A stretch of DNA of 38,728 bases from an uncultured Candidatus Saccharibacteria bacterium (GCA_964591195.1 CAZPZY010000002.1:1-38728), one strand, 5' to 3'. Counted from the first letter of the stretch, positions 1-8,835 are shown. Notes: generated from the letters alone by a model not told the origin. Translations and numbers: made by a program.

Positions 1-742
1 TTTTGGCAATTCTTGCCGAGTTTTCAATTTTTTTCCTCAAAAACTTATCAAACAAGTATCTTTGAACCTGAAAAAGGTGCCAAGGGTATTTCAAGGAAAG
101 CGTCTCTTTCTCCGACTTTTTTAAAATCTTAATTCTTACATAATTTTTTTTCACATAATCGGATAAGGCATCCTCAAAATCATACTGGCTCTTTTTTACC
201 TTCTGATAAAAATTGAAAAACCTTGGCTCCAAAAGATAAACCCCGATAATCTTTATGTTAGACGGTTCTTTTCCTTTCTTTGGCTTTTCAACAATCCCCA
301 AGATTCTATCTCCCTTAATTCTCGCTATTCCATACAATTGAGGATTTTCTGTCTTCTGTCCAAACAATAAGCCCTTAAGACCTGACACCTGGGATTTGAG
401 ATTTGAGATAATTTCTTCAATATCTACCCTTTCCGCGTTTAGGACCAAAAACCGCCCCTTAATTAAATTTCTTGCCTGCCACAGAGCATTTCCCATTCCT
501 TTGGGCCTTGCCTGAACAACATATTGAATTTTTAAACCTGCCAATTTATATTTTTTCAACTCTTCCTCAACCTCTCTTTTGGCTCCCTGAACAACAATAA
601 CCTCCTTTATCCCCAGTTTTCTCAACCCCTCAATCGTATAGAAAATCAGGGGCTTGCCCATTATTTTCAAAAGGGTCTTGTGCCTTTTATTTAGGGGCCA
701 AAACCTTGAACACCTTCCTCCGGCTAAAACTACTGCCTGCAT
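1..742 (-). CDS. sugar-1-phosphate nucleotidyltransferase (GlmU/RmlA-like NTP-transferase domain); 3' end cut by window edge
   Basis: Absent from the ORF track because it runs off the edge. Hand translation from ATG at 742: MQAVVLAGGRCSRFWPLNKRHKTLLKIMGKPLIFYTIEGLRKLGIKEVIVV... Frame checked codon by codon and open to position 2. LAGGxxxRFxP motif of sugar nucleotidyltransferases; the tail (LKYPWHLFQVQRYLF) resembles the linker preceding a left-handed beta-helix domain. 13-nt overlap with the upstream gene stop. Confidence 0.75.
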   Translation of the reverse strand, partial: MQAVVLAGGRCSRFWPLNKRHKTLLKIMGKPLIFYTIEGLRKLGIKEVIVVQGAKREVEEELKKYKLAGLKIQYVVQARPKGMGNALWQARNLIKGRFLVLNAERVDIEEIISNLKSQVSGLKGLLFGQKTENPQLYGIARIKGDRILGIVEKPKKGKEPSNIKIIGVYLLEPRFFNFYQKVKKSQYDFEDALSDYVKKNYVRIKILKKSEKETLSLKYPWHLFQVQRYLFDKFLRKKIENSARIAK

Positions 743-1728
743 AATTCCAAAATTAACCTAACAACCCTGTTAGGGTTATATTCAATCGGACCTTTATCAA
801 GTAATAGATTTCTTCCAATAAATTTATCTTTTTTCAAATTTTTATCAATTTTAGGCGGGTCTAAAACAAACTCCTTCCCCTTTTTCTTTTTGTATCTTTC
901 AATTCTATCCTTTGGTAAATTATTATTATAAACCACAAAGTCCAAATCTTTACCAATATATTTTTCCATTTCATCAGAAAAATTCCTTACTGAAAAATTC
1001 TGGGTCTCTCCTAATTTTGTCATTGCTGGACAAATAAAAACCTTTTTTGCTTTTGATTTCCCAATTGCTTCCTTTATTCCTTTTGGCAAAAAACAAGGAA
1101 CCAAACTTGAATAAAAATCGCCCGGACCAATAATAATGATATCTGCCCTTTCAATCTCTCTTAAGGTTTTTCCAAAGGCAACTGCCTCTGGCTTCAAAAA
1201 AACCTTTTTTATCTTTAGAGTTCGGTTGTGATTTTGGCCCAGGTCAATCTCAGATTCTCCTTCAATAACCTTATCATTTTCCAGTTGGGCAAACAAAATG
1301 GCCTTGTCTGTGGTAGCGGGAAGACAGCGACCTTTCACATTCAAAAACCGGTGAGAAATTTCTAAGGCCTTTTCAAAGCCGAGGTTAACCTCTAATCCCG
1401 CTAAAAAAACATTGCCAAAATTATGGCCAAAATGGCCTGGGGAAATTTCAATATCTTTGGCAAATCTAAAGTTCCAGAGTTTTTCTTTCCATTTTTCTTC
1501 TTTCGGCAGGTCTGCCAAAGCCAAAAGGTGACGCCTAATATCCCCGGCCGGCAGAACATCAAACTCCTTTCTCAATGCCCCGGCCGAACCGCCGTCGTCA
1601 ACCATTGAGGTAATAGAGGTAATTTCTAAGGGATATTTTTTAAGTTCTTTCAAAACAACCTGAGGCAAGGCATTCCCTCCCCCAAAACAAACGACCCTAG
1701 GTCTCAATGCTCTTTTCGTATCTTTCAT
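730..1728 (-). CDS. yvcK: YvcK/CofD-family protein (UPF0052, gluconeogenesis-factor-like)
   Basis: 332 aa. VVCFGGGNALPQVV...ITSMVDDGGSAGALR...LPAGDIRRHLLALA matches the GGGTG / DDGGSSG / PxGDIR signature blocks of the YvcK/CofD family. Confidence 0.75.
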   Translation of the reverse strand: MKDTKRALRPRVVCFGGGNALPQVVLKELKKYPLEITSITSMVDDGGSAGALRKEFDVLPAGDIRRHLLALADLPKEEKWKEKLWNFRFAKDIEISPGHFGHNFGNVFLAGLEVNLGFEKALEISHRFLNVKGRCLPATTDKAILFAQLENDKVIEGESEIDLGQNHNRTLKIKKVFLKPEAVAFGKTLREIERADIIIIGPGDFYSSLVPCFLPKGIKEAIGKSKAKKVFICPAMTKLGETQNFSVRNFSDEMEKYIGKDLDFVVYNNNLPKDRIERYKKKKGKEFVLDPPKIDKNLKKDKFIGRNLLLDKGPIEYNPNRVVRLILELCRQ

Positions 1729-2647
1729 ATGCCCATCTCAAACGCTCCTTGTCTGTGCGGTAAACCTGCTTGACCATATCTTGGGCTTCAATTGAAGAAT
1801 CACCAAGATGGCACAAAATCGCCTCAACTGGCCAGGCATCCTTAAATTTTCTCCATAGTTCCTGCTTTGTCTGGTTGGTAGCCGGCACCCCTGTCTCGCT
1901 CAACAACAAGTCCCCCGGAAGAAAAAATCTATAGCCCAGTATCTGGCTAAGAACCCGTCTTCGCTTAAAAAACCTCTCTGATTTGTGCCATTTCAAAAAT
2001 CTAAATGTCCTTTCCATTAGTGGGAAAACCTTGCGAGAAGCCAACTGCTTCCTTATCTCATCTGCCCAGGCAGAATCATTGTAAATCAAACCTATACTTA
2101 CCACCCCCCAATTTTCCTTAAACTCCGCTGCTCTTTTCAAAAAATCCCTTGCCCTTTCTGACTTTATGCCAGCAGTAGTGGCAATTATCTTTCTATTTCT
2201 TTCTGCTTCCTCCTCTCTTAACCGCCATGCCTCTTCCCTGTCATCTAAAATCAGGTCATCAAATCTTATTAACTCATCGCTGGAAAGCCCCACAAACTCC
2301 TTTATCCTGTCAAAAATTAGATTTTTTTTCTTTTCTCTTTCTTCTTTAGCTTGGGCCACCTTCTGCCGCGCCTTCTCTAATTCTTCTTGTAGTTCCTCTT
2401 TGGTCTTTAATTCCTCCTTTCTCCATCCCTCTTCAATTTCTTTTAATCCCTCCCAATCTTTTTCCGATTCTTTGCTCTCCGGCGCTTCAGGCGCTTTCGG
2501 TATTTTCTCCCTCTTTTCAGCGCCTTTTGAAATTTCCTGCTCCGGCCCTTCAATTTTTGATTCTTTTGGTTTTATCATATGTACTAACCAATTTAGTAAT
2601 AATTCTTGATGATTTCCTTGCTGAGGCATCTTGTTGAGGTGGAGCAT
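1697..2647 (-). CDS. hypothetical protein with E/K-rich coiled-coil-like N-terminal half
   Basis: 316-aa ORF with no family recognisable by eye. Overlaps the yvcK start by 32 nt. The first two AUGs (2647, 2629) lie inside predicted helices of the upstream GC-rich element; an alternative start is ATG 2578 (MIKPKESK...). Confidence 0.5.
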   Translation of the reverse strand: MLHLNKMPQQGNHQELLLNWLVHMIKPKESKIEGPEQEISKGAEKREKIPKAPEAPESKESEKDWEGLKEIEEGWRKEELKTKEELQEELEKARQKVAQAKEEREKKKNLIFDRIKEFVGLSSDELIRFDDLILDDREEAWRLREEEAERNRKIIATTAGIKSERARDFLKRAAEFKENWGVVSIGLIYNDSAWADEIRKQLASRKVFPLMERTFRFLKWHKSERFFKRRRVLSQILGYRFFLPGDLLLSETGVPATNQTKQELWRKFKDAWPVEAILCHLGDSSIEAQDMVKQVYRTDKERLRWAYERYEKSIET

Positions 2648-2786
2648 ATCGCAGCCGAGCCCCAGAGGAGAATTGCGCTTCAGAAAAGGTATGAACGGCT
2701 CGGCGAGATATAGAAGCGCCTGGAAATAAATCTCTTCCTACTGCTTACGGCGACTTCGTGCTCCCCGAGGCAAGATGCCTCAGCAA
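2618..2786 (-). ncRNA. candidate structured cis-regulatory leader or small RNA (unclassified)
   Basis: GC-rich island in AT-rich DNA. Perfect 16-bp inverted repeat 2618-2633 / 2771-2786. Further helix 2641-2646 / 2759-2764. Interleaved stems 2654-2661/2697-2704 and 2675-2681/2713-2719 give pseudoknot topology. Strand assigned only from the flanking genes. Confidence 0.35.
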
Positions 2787-2832
2787 ACTTGCTACCAAGG
2801 TGGTTAGCAACTACATGCAATATCAATCTAAT

Positions 2833-3618
2833 TCAACCAATCAGTTCATCAAAACTTGGCTTTTCTACCTTATAAAACAGACCTATAGGGATTTTATTTT
2901 TGCCGTTTCTATAATCCCATTCCTTGATCTTCTCCTCTGCCTTTGCTTTTGAAAGAGGACCCTTTAGTTCGTAAATCCTTTCTTGATAAAACTGACGATT
3001 GTCAAAGAAGGTAATACAGGGCTGAAGAATTTCCAAAAAAGAAAATCCCTTATGCAAAATTGCCTTTTTGATAAGGTCTTTAAGGTGTTCAACCATTAGG
3101 GCGTATCCCCGGGCAATAAAGGTGGCGCCTGATGCCATCATCAACTCCAACGGGTTAAACGGCTCCTCAACGCTCCCCCCGGGGGTAGAACTTCCCTTAA
3201 ATCCCTTGGGAGAGGTAGCAGTAAATTGAGAAACAGTCAGGGCAAAGTTTCTATTATCGTGGACAAAGACAGCAATATCAGCATTCCGCTTTGCCGCATG
3301 AATTAAATGAGAAATTCCCTCGTCATAAATATCGCCGTCGCCGACAAAGGAAAAAACCCTTAGTTTTGGATTCGCCAGTTTTATCCCCTGAGCCAGAGGC
3401 AATGCCCGGCCATGCAATCCGTAGAAAGAATTCAGATTCAAATAATCAAACATTTTGGCATGGCAACCAATGCCAACAGTAAAAGCAAGGGCTTCTCTTT
3501 TAACTCCTTCTTTTTCCAATTCCAAAACCGCCCTCTTTACTGCCTCCAAAATAGCAAAATTTGTGCACCCCGGGCACCATGTCTTCTCACAATATGTTTC
3601 TAACTGCTTTTTTTTCAT
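2833..3618 (-). CDS. 2-oxoacid:ferredoxin oxidoreductase, beta (TPP-binding) subunit
   Basis: 261 aa. WCPGCTNFAIL..., FVGDGDIYDEG (GDG TPP-binding motif), HDNRNFALT; typical KorB/PorB-type beta subunit. 4-nt overlap with the alpha gene. Substrate not assignable by eye. Confidence 0.85.
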   Translation of the reverse strand: MKKKQLETYCEKTWCPGCTNFAILEAVKRAVLELEKEGVKREALAFTVGIGCHAKMFDYLNLNSFYGLHGRALPLAQGIKLANPKLRVFSFVGDGDIYDEGISHLIHAAKRNADIAVFVHDNRNFALTVSQFTATSPKGFKGSSTPGGSVEEPFNPLELMMASGATFIARGYALMVEHLKDLIKKAILHKGFSFLEILQPCITFFDNRQFYQERIYELKGPLSKAKAEEKIKEWDYRNGKNKIPIGLFYKVEKPSFDELIG

Positions 3619-5264
3619 ACTGTTAATTTTTCTATAATTTCTTGAGCGAAAAACGGCCTGCCATCGTATTTTAGAATACTGCCAGCGGTTTTTATTCCAT
3701 TTTGGGCAAGCAGTTTTGCCAATTGGCCTGTGGCGTTCAATTCTACCGTGAAGATTTTTCTAACCCCGCTAAGAGCCTCTTTCATCTTCTTCTGAGGAAA
3801 CGGCTCCAAAATTATGGGCTGGATTACCTTTATCCCCAGACTCTCTGCTGCCTCCACTGCCGCACCCTTTGAGATACCAAAAGAGACAAGGGCTATCTCT
3901 GAGTTCCTATTGCCGTAAACAGCAAGGGAGGGCAATTTCTCCACCTCTTTTTTCATTCTCTCCATCTTCCTTCGCCTCTTTTCCTGCATCGCCTTAGCCA
4001 ATTCTGCCTTTTCAATTGTAATCCCGTATTCATCGTGTTCGTATGAGGTGTTTTTTACCACAACACCCCTTTGACCGGGGAAAGCCAAGGGAGATATACC
4101 GTTTTTCGCAAACTGATATCTCTTATACTCCCCTTTTTTATTCCAAAGAAGAGGCCTTTCAATTTTAATCTTTTCAAAAACCTTCTGGTCAAGGGTGAAG
4201 GTATTTTCAGAAATATCTTTGTCCAAAAGAAGGATAACCGGGGTTTGATACTTCCAAGCCAAATTTATACCCAAGCCAGCATAAAAACCGGATTGCTCGG
4301 CGTCGCCCGGGGCTATAACAAATCTGGGAATATCACCATGGCCAGCAGATAAAACAAAGAGGAGGTCTCCTTGGGAATTATATGTAGGCATTCCCGTGGC
4401 TGGGGCTCCTCTCTGGCTTTCAATAATCAAAATCGGAGTTTCTGACTGGCCAGCCAAACTTAATGCCTCTACCATCAAGGCAAATCCCCCTCCTGAGGTC
4501 CCCACAGCCACTCTCTTTCCTCCAAAGGCAATTCCCAAAGCCATATTAATAACCGAAATCTCGTTTTCCGGTTGGACAACCCTTACCCCGAGGTCTTCCC
4601 TTCTGGCTAAGGTATTCATTATTGAGGTAGATGGGGTCATTGGATAGGCAACATAAAAATCCAAGCCGGCTCTTGCCATTCCATAGGCAACCGCCTCGTT
4701 TCCGGTAAGCAAGAGAGATGTTCTTTTTCTTTTGTATCTTTTAATTTTTATTAGAGAATCGCACTGCCTGAAGGCATATCTTGCAATTTTTAGATTAAGG
4801 TCAATCTGGTGCCTTATCTCCTTTTTCAAAACCGCCTTCAGAACATCCCAATCAACACCAAGGATTTTGGCAAAGGAAGAAACCAGGGCTGTGTTTGCCA
4901 TTATAGGCCTGCCACCTGCTTCTTTGACAATTCTCTCAATCTTAATCCCCAAGCCCTTTTCTGAATCAATCCTGTCAGCGTTGAAAATCAGGGTCCCGGT
5001 TTTCTTTAGTTCGCCTTGGTGCAAATCAATTGTTCTTTTGTCCAAAGCCAAAAGAAAGTCAATCTCCTTTTTTCTTGCCTCCTCTCCCTTTATTGTTGCT
5101 CGGATTTGAGAAAAATTATGACCACCGCGAATTAGAGAGCCGTATGCCTCAAAAACATAAACCCTGTATCCTAAAAAGTTAAAAATCTCGCCAATAAGCC
5201 GAGCAGCCATTCTTGAGCCCTGTCCAGCACCCCCGCCAATCAAGATTGAAAAGTCCTTTGACAT
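3615..5264 (-). CDS. 2-oxoacid:ferredoxin oxidoreductase, fused gamma-alpha subunit
   Basis: 549 aa. N-terminal gamma-like domain (ILIGGGAGQGSRMAARLIGE...GSLIRGGHNFSQIRA) followed by the alpha domain (LLTGNEAVAYGMARAGLDFYVAYPMTPSTSI). Confidence 0.85.
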   Translation of the reverse strand: MSKDFSILIGGGAGQGSRMAARLIGEIFNFLGYRVYVFEAYGSLIRGGHNFSQIRATIKGEEARKKEIDFLLALDKRTIDLHQGELKKTGTLIFNADRIDSEKGLGIKIERIVKEAGGRPIMANTALVSSFAKILGVDWDVLKAVLKKEIRHQIDLNLKIARYAFRQCDSLIKIKRYKRKRTSLLLTGNEAVAYGMARAGLDFYVAYPMTPSTSIMNTLARREDLGVRVVQPENEISVINMALGIAFGGKRVAVGTSGGGFALMVEALSLAGQSETPILIIESQRGAPATGMPTYNSQGDLLFVLSAGHGDIPRFVIAPGDAEQSGFYAGLGINLAWKYQTPVILLLDKDISENTFTLDQKVFEKIKIERPLLWNKKGEYKRYQFAKNGISPLAFPGQRGVVVKNTSYEHDEYGITIEKAELAKAMQEKRRRKMERMKKEVEKLPSLAVYGNRNSEIALVSFGISKGAAVEAAESLGIKVIQPIILEPFPQKKMKEALSGVRKIFTVELNATGQLAKLLAQNGIKTAGSILKYDGRPFFAQEIIEKLTV

Positions 5265-7400
5265 TTAATCAGTTTTCTTAAAAATTTTGTCTATATCCTC
5301 TTTCCAGGCAGGGTTGATTTTTAATGCTTCTTCTGCCTTTTTCTGAGCCAACTCCTTTTCTCCTATCCATTGAGCAATCTGAATGAGGATAAGGTGGGAT
5401 CTTTCCAGTTCCGGCTCCAGTTTTACTGCCGCTTCAGCAAGGGAAAGGGCTTGATTTGGTTTGCCCTGTCCTATTCGGGTTTGAGCCAGATACCAATATC
5501 CCTGTTGGTTGTTGGGACTGACTTCTATTGCCTTTTCCAAAACCTTCTCTGCTTCGGCAAGCTTCACTTTTCTTATTTTAGCATCTCCGGGATAGACATT
5601 CAAGAGCTGACCCAATCTCAGATAGGAACGGTAGTTCATTGGATTTTCTTTAATATCCTTTCTCAACTCCTTTTCTAAAAAATCAAAGCCCTTTAAGACC
5701 CCTTGGTTAACGCTCTGCTTTCTCAAAGAGCCAAGAAAGGAATTGGCAAAAAAATCCCTAATCTGGTGTCTGCCGACCGGCGAGGAATAAATGGCTTTTT
5801 TGTAAAATGAAAGTTGCTCCTCTGAAAACGCCGGGCTCTTAAGGGCTGAGATAACAAATGCGTCTGAACGGAGGGGCTTAATGACAAAATAGATTTGGCA
5901 GGCAAAAAAGGCAAGCCCTAAAATGAAAAACAGAGGATAAAATAGAGACAAACGAAATGAGGGAGAAAACACCTCCTTATCAATATCTTTTTGGGCAATA
6001 AAAGAAAAAACCAAAAAGAGCATCATATAACTGTTGACCATATCGAAGACAGTCAGATTTTGAATGAAATAAGCGAAAAGAAGGACGCTAAAAACGCCCG
6101 GTATCCAAAAATTAAACCGCTTTTGGAAATAATTCCTCCAGGAATAATAAAAAACAAAAAGAAAAAGCAAAAGATAGAAAAAAAGACCAATAGCCCCGTT
6201 TGCCACTAATGTGTCAAAAATTATATTATGGGCGCGGTCAAACCATATCTCCCCCCCGCACCTTGGGGTACCCATACAGGGATTGTAGTATTTGTCAAAG
6301 GCAAACTCAAAATTTTCAGGACCCCAGCCAAGATAGGGTCTTTCCAAGAATCCCTGCCAGGCCGTGTTCCAGACCGCTGTTCTCGCTCCAATAGCGCCAC
6401 CGAAAAGCCGCATCGCTTCTTTGTGAACAATATTGCCCGGTTTCAAACTAAAGTAAATCAAAAACCCACCAGTTATCAGGGAAGCAATCAACAGAAAAAT
6501 ACCAACAAGGCGAAATCGCTTTTTTCCTTCAAATATCAGCCAGAAAAAAGAAAGAAGAACTAAGCCCCCCAAGAAGCAAATCTTGGCAGCCCGGGCTCCG
6601 GCCCCAAACAGAACAAGAAAGACCTGAAAAATCCCTTTATGGTCTTTTAGGGCATTACCTGCGGAAACAAGCCCGTAAGAGCCCCCAACCAAGAGGACAA
6701 AAGCCATTATAAGAAAGCAGACCGACGAGTAGATCCGCAACTCTTTTTTTGATGTTAAAATCAGATAAAGGGAAATAAAAAGATTAAAAAGAAGATATGT
6801 GCCCAAGAAGGAGTCATTGCCAATAGTGGCGCCATTGCGCATTGACGGCTCCCGGGACAAAAGAGCAATTAAAGCAATAAAGACCCCTACGAAGATTGAA
6901 ACGCTAAAAACCTTTTTCCAATCTTCTTTGTCAAATGTTGAAGAAAGGACAAGAAATAGGGCAAAAAGATGAAAAAACATCAAGATGCCGGTCATCCTCT
7001 CAAATTTTGACCAAAAACTATAAGAGGGGTCAACCCCAAAGATTCCGGAAAGAACAAAAACAACCAAAAACAAAAGCAAGCCCAGAAAAACCAAATTAAA
7101 TTTCGGATAAAACCTCCTGTCCAAAAGAATTAGCGCCAGCCAGGAAAAAAAAGCCACTTCTACCAAAGCCATAAAGTAGATGCTCTTGGGACCGACAAAG
7201 GGAAAGAAAAAGCCGCTGGTAAAAGGCGGCCCAATAAGAGGGGTAAACAAAGCCAAGAAAACAGAACCCAAGATAAGCCCCTTCAAGACAAAAATCGGCC
7301 TTGCTATCGGCTTTCTCATCCACCTTCCTCTTTTTTCTTCCCTAACATCCCTTTGAGCCAATTCTCTCCTCTGGCGCTTTTCCCTTGACCTTCTTCCCAT
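5265..7400 (-). CDS. O-antigen ligase/polymerase-like (Wzy_C-type) polytopic membrane protein with C-terminal TPR repeats
   Basis: 711 aa, many hydrophobic segments, then LGWGPENFEFAF. C-terminal TPR-like repeats (EKAIEVSPNNQQGYWYLAQTRIGQGKPNQALSLAEAAVKLEPE). The architecture resembles O-antigen-ligase/TPR fusions. Confidence 0.65.
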   Translation of the reverse strand: MGRRSREKRQRRELAQRDVREEKRGRWMRKPIARPIFVLKGLILGSVFLALFTPLIGPPFTSGFFFPFVGPKSIYFMALVEVAFFSWLALILLDRRFYPKFNLVFLGLLLFLVVFVLSGIFGVDPSYSFWSKFERMTGILMFFHLFALFLVLSSTFDKEDWKKVFSVSIFVGVFIALIALLSREPSMRNGATIGNDSFLGTYLLFNLFISLYLILTSKKELRIYSSVCFLIMAFVLLVGGSYGLVSAGNALKDHKGIFQVFLVLFGAGARAAKICFLGGLVLLSFFWLIFEGKKRFRLVGIFLLIASLITGGFLIYFSLKPGNIVHKEAMRLFGGAIGARTAVWNTAWQGFLERPYLGWGPENFEFAFDKYYNPCMGTPRCGGEIWFDRAHNIIFDTLVANGAIGLFFYLLLFLFVFYYSWRNYFQKRFNFWIPGVFSVLLFAYFIQNLTVFDMVNSYMMLFLVFSFIAQKDIDKEVFSPSFRLSLFYPLFFILGLAFFACQIYFVIKPLRSDAFVISALKSPAFSEEQLSFYKKAIYSSPVGRHQIRDFFANSFLGSLRKQSVNQGVLKGFDFLEKELRKDIKENPMNYRSYLRLGQLLNVYPGDAKIRKVKLAEAEKVLEKAIEVSPNNQQGYWYLAQTRIGQGKPNQALSLAEAAVKLEPELERSHLILIQIAQWIGEKELAQKKAEEALKINPAWKEDIDKIFKKTD

Positions 7401-7409
7401 AATAGTAGT

Positions 7410-7442
7410 TTGTATTTTACAATATTTTTATTTAAAATACAA
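7410..7442. promoter_or_regulatory. palindromic candidate bidirectional sigma70-like promoter in the divergent spacer
   Basis: TTGTATTTTA (7410-7419) and TAAAATACAA (7433-7442) are perfect reverse complements. Read on either strand this gives TTGTAT-N17-TAAAAT. The -10 elements end 7 nt before ATG 7446 (+) and 13 nt before ATG 7400 (-). Confidence 0.3.
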
Positions 7443-7445
7443 TTG

Positions 7446-8765
7446 ATGACAAACACTCTTTTTTTCCGAAAACTGCTTCTCGTTATTGGAGACATCCTTC
7501 TTCTTTATCTTTCTCTGCTTTTAGCCTTGGTTATCCGTTCTTTTGGACATCTACAACCAGGGTTTTTCTTTCAGCATCTTCTCCCTTTCACGATTTTATA
7601 TCTTCTTTGGCTGGCAATCTTCTATATTTTAGGACTTTACGACTTTTCTCTCTTCCAAGAACTATCCGCTTTTTCCGCCCGGATTTGCCTTGGACTTGGA
7701 TTGACTCTGGCAACAGGAACAAGTTTCTTTTATTTAATACCCTCTTTGGGAATCAGCCCAAAGACAACCTTGTTCCTAAACATCCTTGTGTTCGGCATAC
7801 TGATTTTCGCCTGGAGAAGATTTTTTTATTTTATCTTCTCCTCCCACTTTCAAACACGGGTGGCAATAATTGGAAAAAACGCTTCTTCAGAAGAACTGGC
7901 AGAAAGCATCCAGAAAAACCCCCATTTTGGCTATAAACTAACTGCCTTTCTTGACCCAAAAAAGGACATCTTAAAACAAATCCGGGAAAACAAAATTGAC
8001 ACCGTCATTTTGGCTGAAAACCTTGAACTCAATTCTTCCTTGGCAAAAAAACTCTATCAGTGCCTTCCCCTAAAACTAAACATCATTGACCTGCCCCGCG
8101 CCTACGAAATGATTTTTGAAAAAATCCCCGTATCTTCTGTCTCTCAAGTATGGTTTTTAGAAAACATAAAAGAAAAAAACAAGAACTCCTACGAAAAAAT
8201 GAAAAAGGTAATTGACCTTGTCTTATCTTCTTTTCTTCTCCTTGCCACCCTTCCCCTCTGGCTTGTCATTGCCCTGCTTATTAAATTAGAGGACAAAGGA
8301 CCTGTTTTTTACAAGCAAAAAAGGGTAGGCAAAAACAAGAAAGAATTTTACCTCTGGAAGTTCCGCTCGATGACAACCGAGGCAGAAAAGAAGACAGGGG
8401 CTGTCTGGGCGAAAGAAAAGGACCCGAGAATAACAAAAATTGGAGGGCTTTTAAGACAAACCCACCTTGACGAACTTCCCCAAATGCTCAACATCATCAA
8501 GGGAGACATCAGCCTGGTTGGACCCCGTCCGGAGAGACCGGAATTTGTTAAAAAATTAGAAAAAGAAATTCCCTATTATCACCTGCGGCACCTAATAAAG
8601 CCGGGATTTACCGGCTGGGCTCAAATAAAATTCAGATATGCCAGGTCGGTAATAGATAGTTTTGAAAAATTCCAATACGACCTATATTACCTCAAAAACC
8701 GCTCCCTCTTTTTGGACCTCAAAATCCTCCTCAAAACCCTGCAACTGTTTTTCAAGAGAGAATAA
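7446..8765 (+). CDS. polyprenyl-phosphate sugar phosphotransferase (WbaP/PglC-type 'bacterial sugar transferase'), initiating enzyme
   Basis: C-terminal KRVGKNKKEFYLWKFRSM...DPRITKIGGLLRQTHLDELPQMLNIIKGDISLVGPRPERPEF is the hallmark of the bacterial sugar transferase family. N-terminal TM segments. The track start is TTG 7410, inside the promoter palindrome; ATG 7446 (MTNTLFF) is preferred. Confidence 0.85.
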   Translation: MTNTLFFRKLLLVIGDILLLYLSLLLALVIRSFGHLQPGFFFQHLLPFTILYLLWLAIFYILGLYDFSLFQELSAFSARICLGLGLTLATGTSFFYLIPSLGISPKTTLFLNILVFGILIFAWRRFFYFIFSSHFQTRVAIIGKNASSEELAESIQKNPHFGYKLTAFLDPKKDILKQIRENKIDTVILAENLELNSSLAKKLYQCLPLKLNIIDLPRAYEMIFEKIPVSSVSQVWFLENIKEKNKNSYEKMKKVIDLVLSSFLLLATLPLWLVIALLIKLEDKGPVFYKQKRVGKNKKEFYLWKFRSMTTEAEKKTGAVWAKEKDPRITKIGGLLRQTHLDELPQMLNIIKGDISLVGPRPERPEFVKKLEKEIPYYHLRHLIKPGFTGWAQIKFRYARSVIDSFEKFQYDLYYLKNRSLFLDLKILLKTLQLFFKRE

Positions 8766-8835
8766 CTTCTCTATAAACCTTTTCTGTTCCTTTGAGCATT
8801 CTATCTAAAGAAAACCTTCTCTTTAACTCTTTTCT
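8721..8835. repeat. left copy of an approx. 115-bp imperfect direct repeat (convergent gene junction)
   Basis: Aligns base for base with 9437-9550, roughly 85% identical in the first 90 nt by hand count. Contains the true 3' end of the sugar transferase gene plus a relic glycosyltransferase 3' end. Confidence 0.75.

Noticed and set aside
2166-2609. 147-aa plus-strand ORF, and similar plus-strand ORFs at 1423-1608, 3291-3637, 4071-5109, 5370-5678, 5991-6563, 9508-9801, 13115-13620, 16160-16444, 36910-37729 and others
   Set aside because: All lie antisense inside long minus-strand genes with clear family signatures. Their translations are low-complexity (S/F/L/K-rich) with no recognisable motifs. 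They are typical shadow ORFs of AT-rich DNA.
2648-2832. Tested the GC-rich spacer by eye as SRP (4.5S) RNA, tmRNA, RNase P RNA, or a TPP/cobalamin/ZTP riboswitch
   Set aside because: I could not find the defining motifs. These include an SRP domain IV GGAA-capped helix with AGCA loop, the tRNA-like end of tmRNA, GAGGAAAGUCC of RNase P, CUGAGA/ACCUGA of TPP, the B12 box and the ZTP CCGCCUGGGC. It is kept only as an unclassified structured element; a covariance-model search is needed.
7410-7445. TTG 7410 as the start of the sugar transferase gene
   Set aside because: It lies inside the palindromic promoter candidate and adds a non-conserved MYFTIFLFKIQL peptide. ATG 7446 is the first ATG and precedes the first TM segment.
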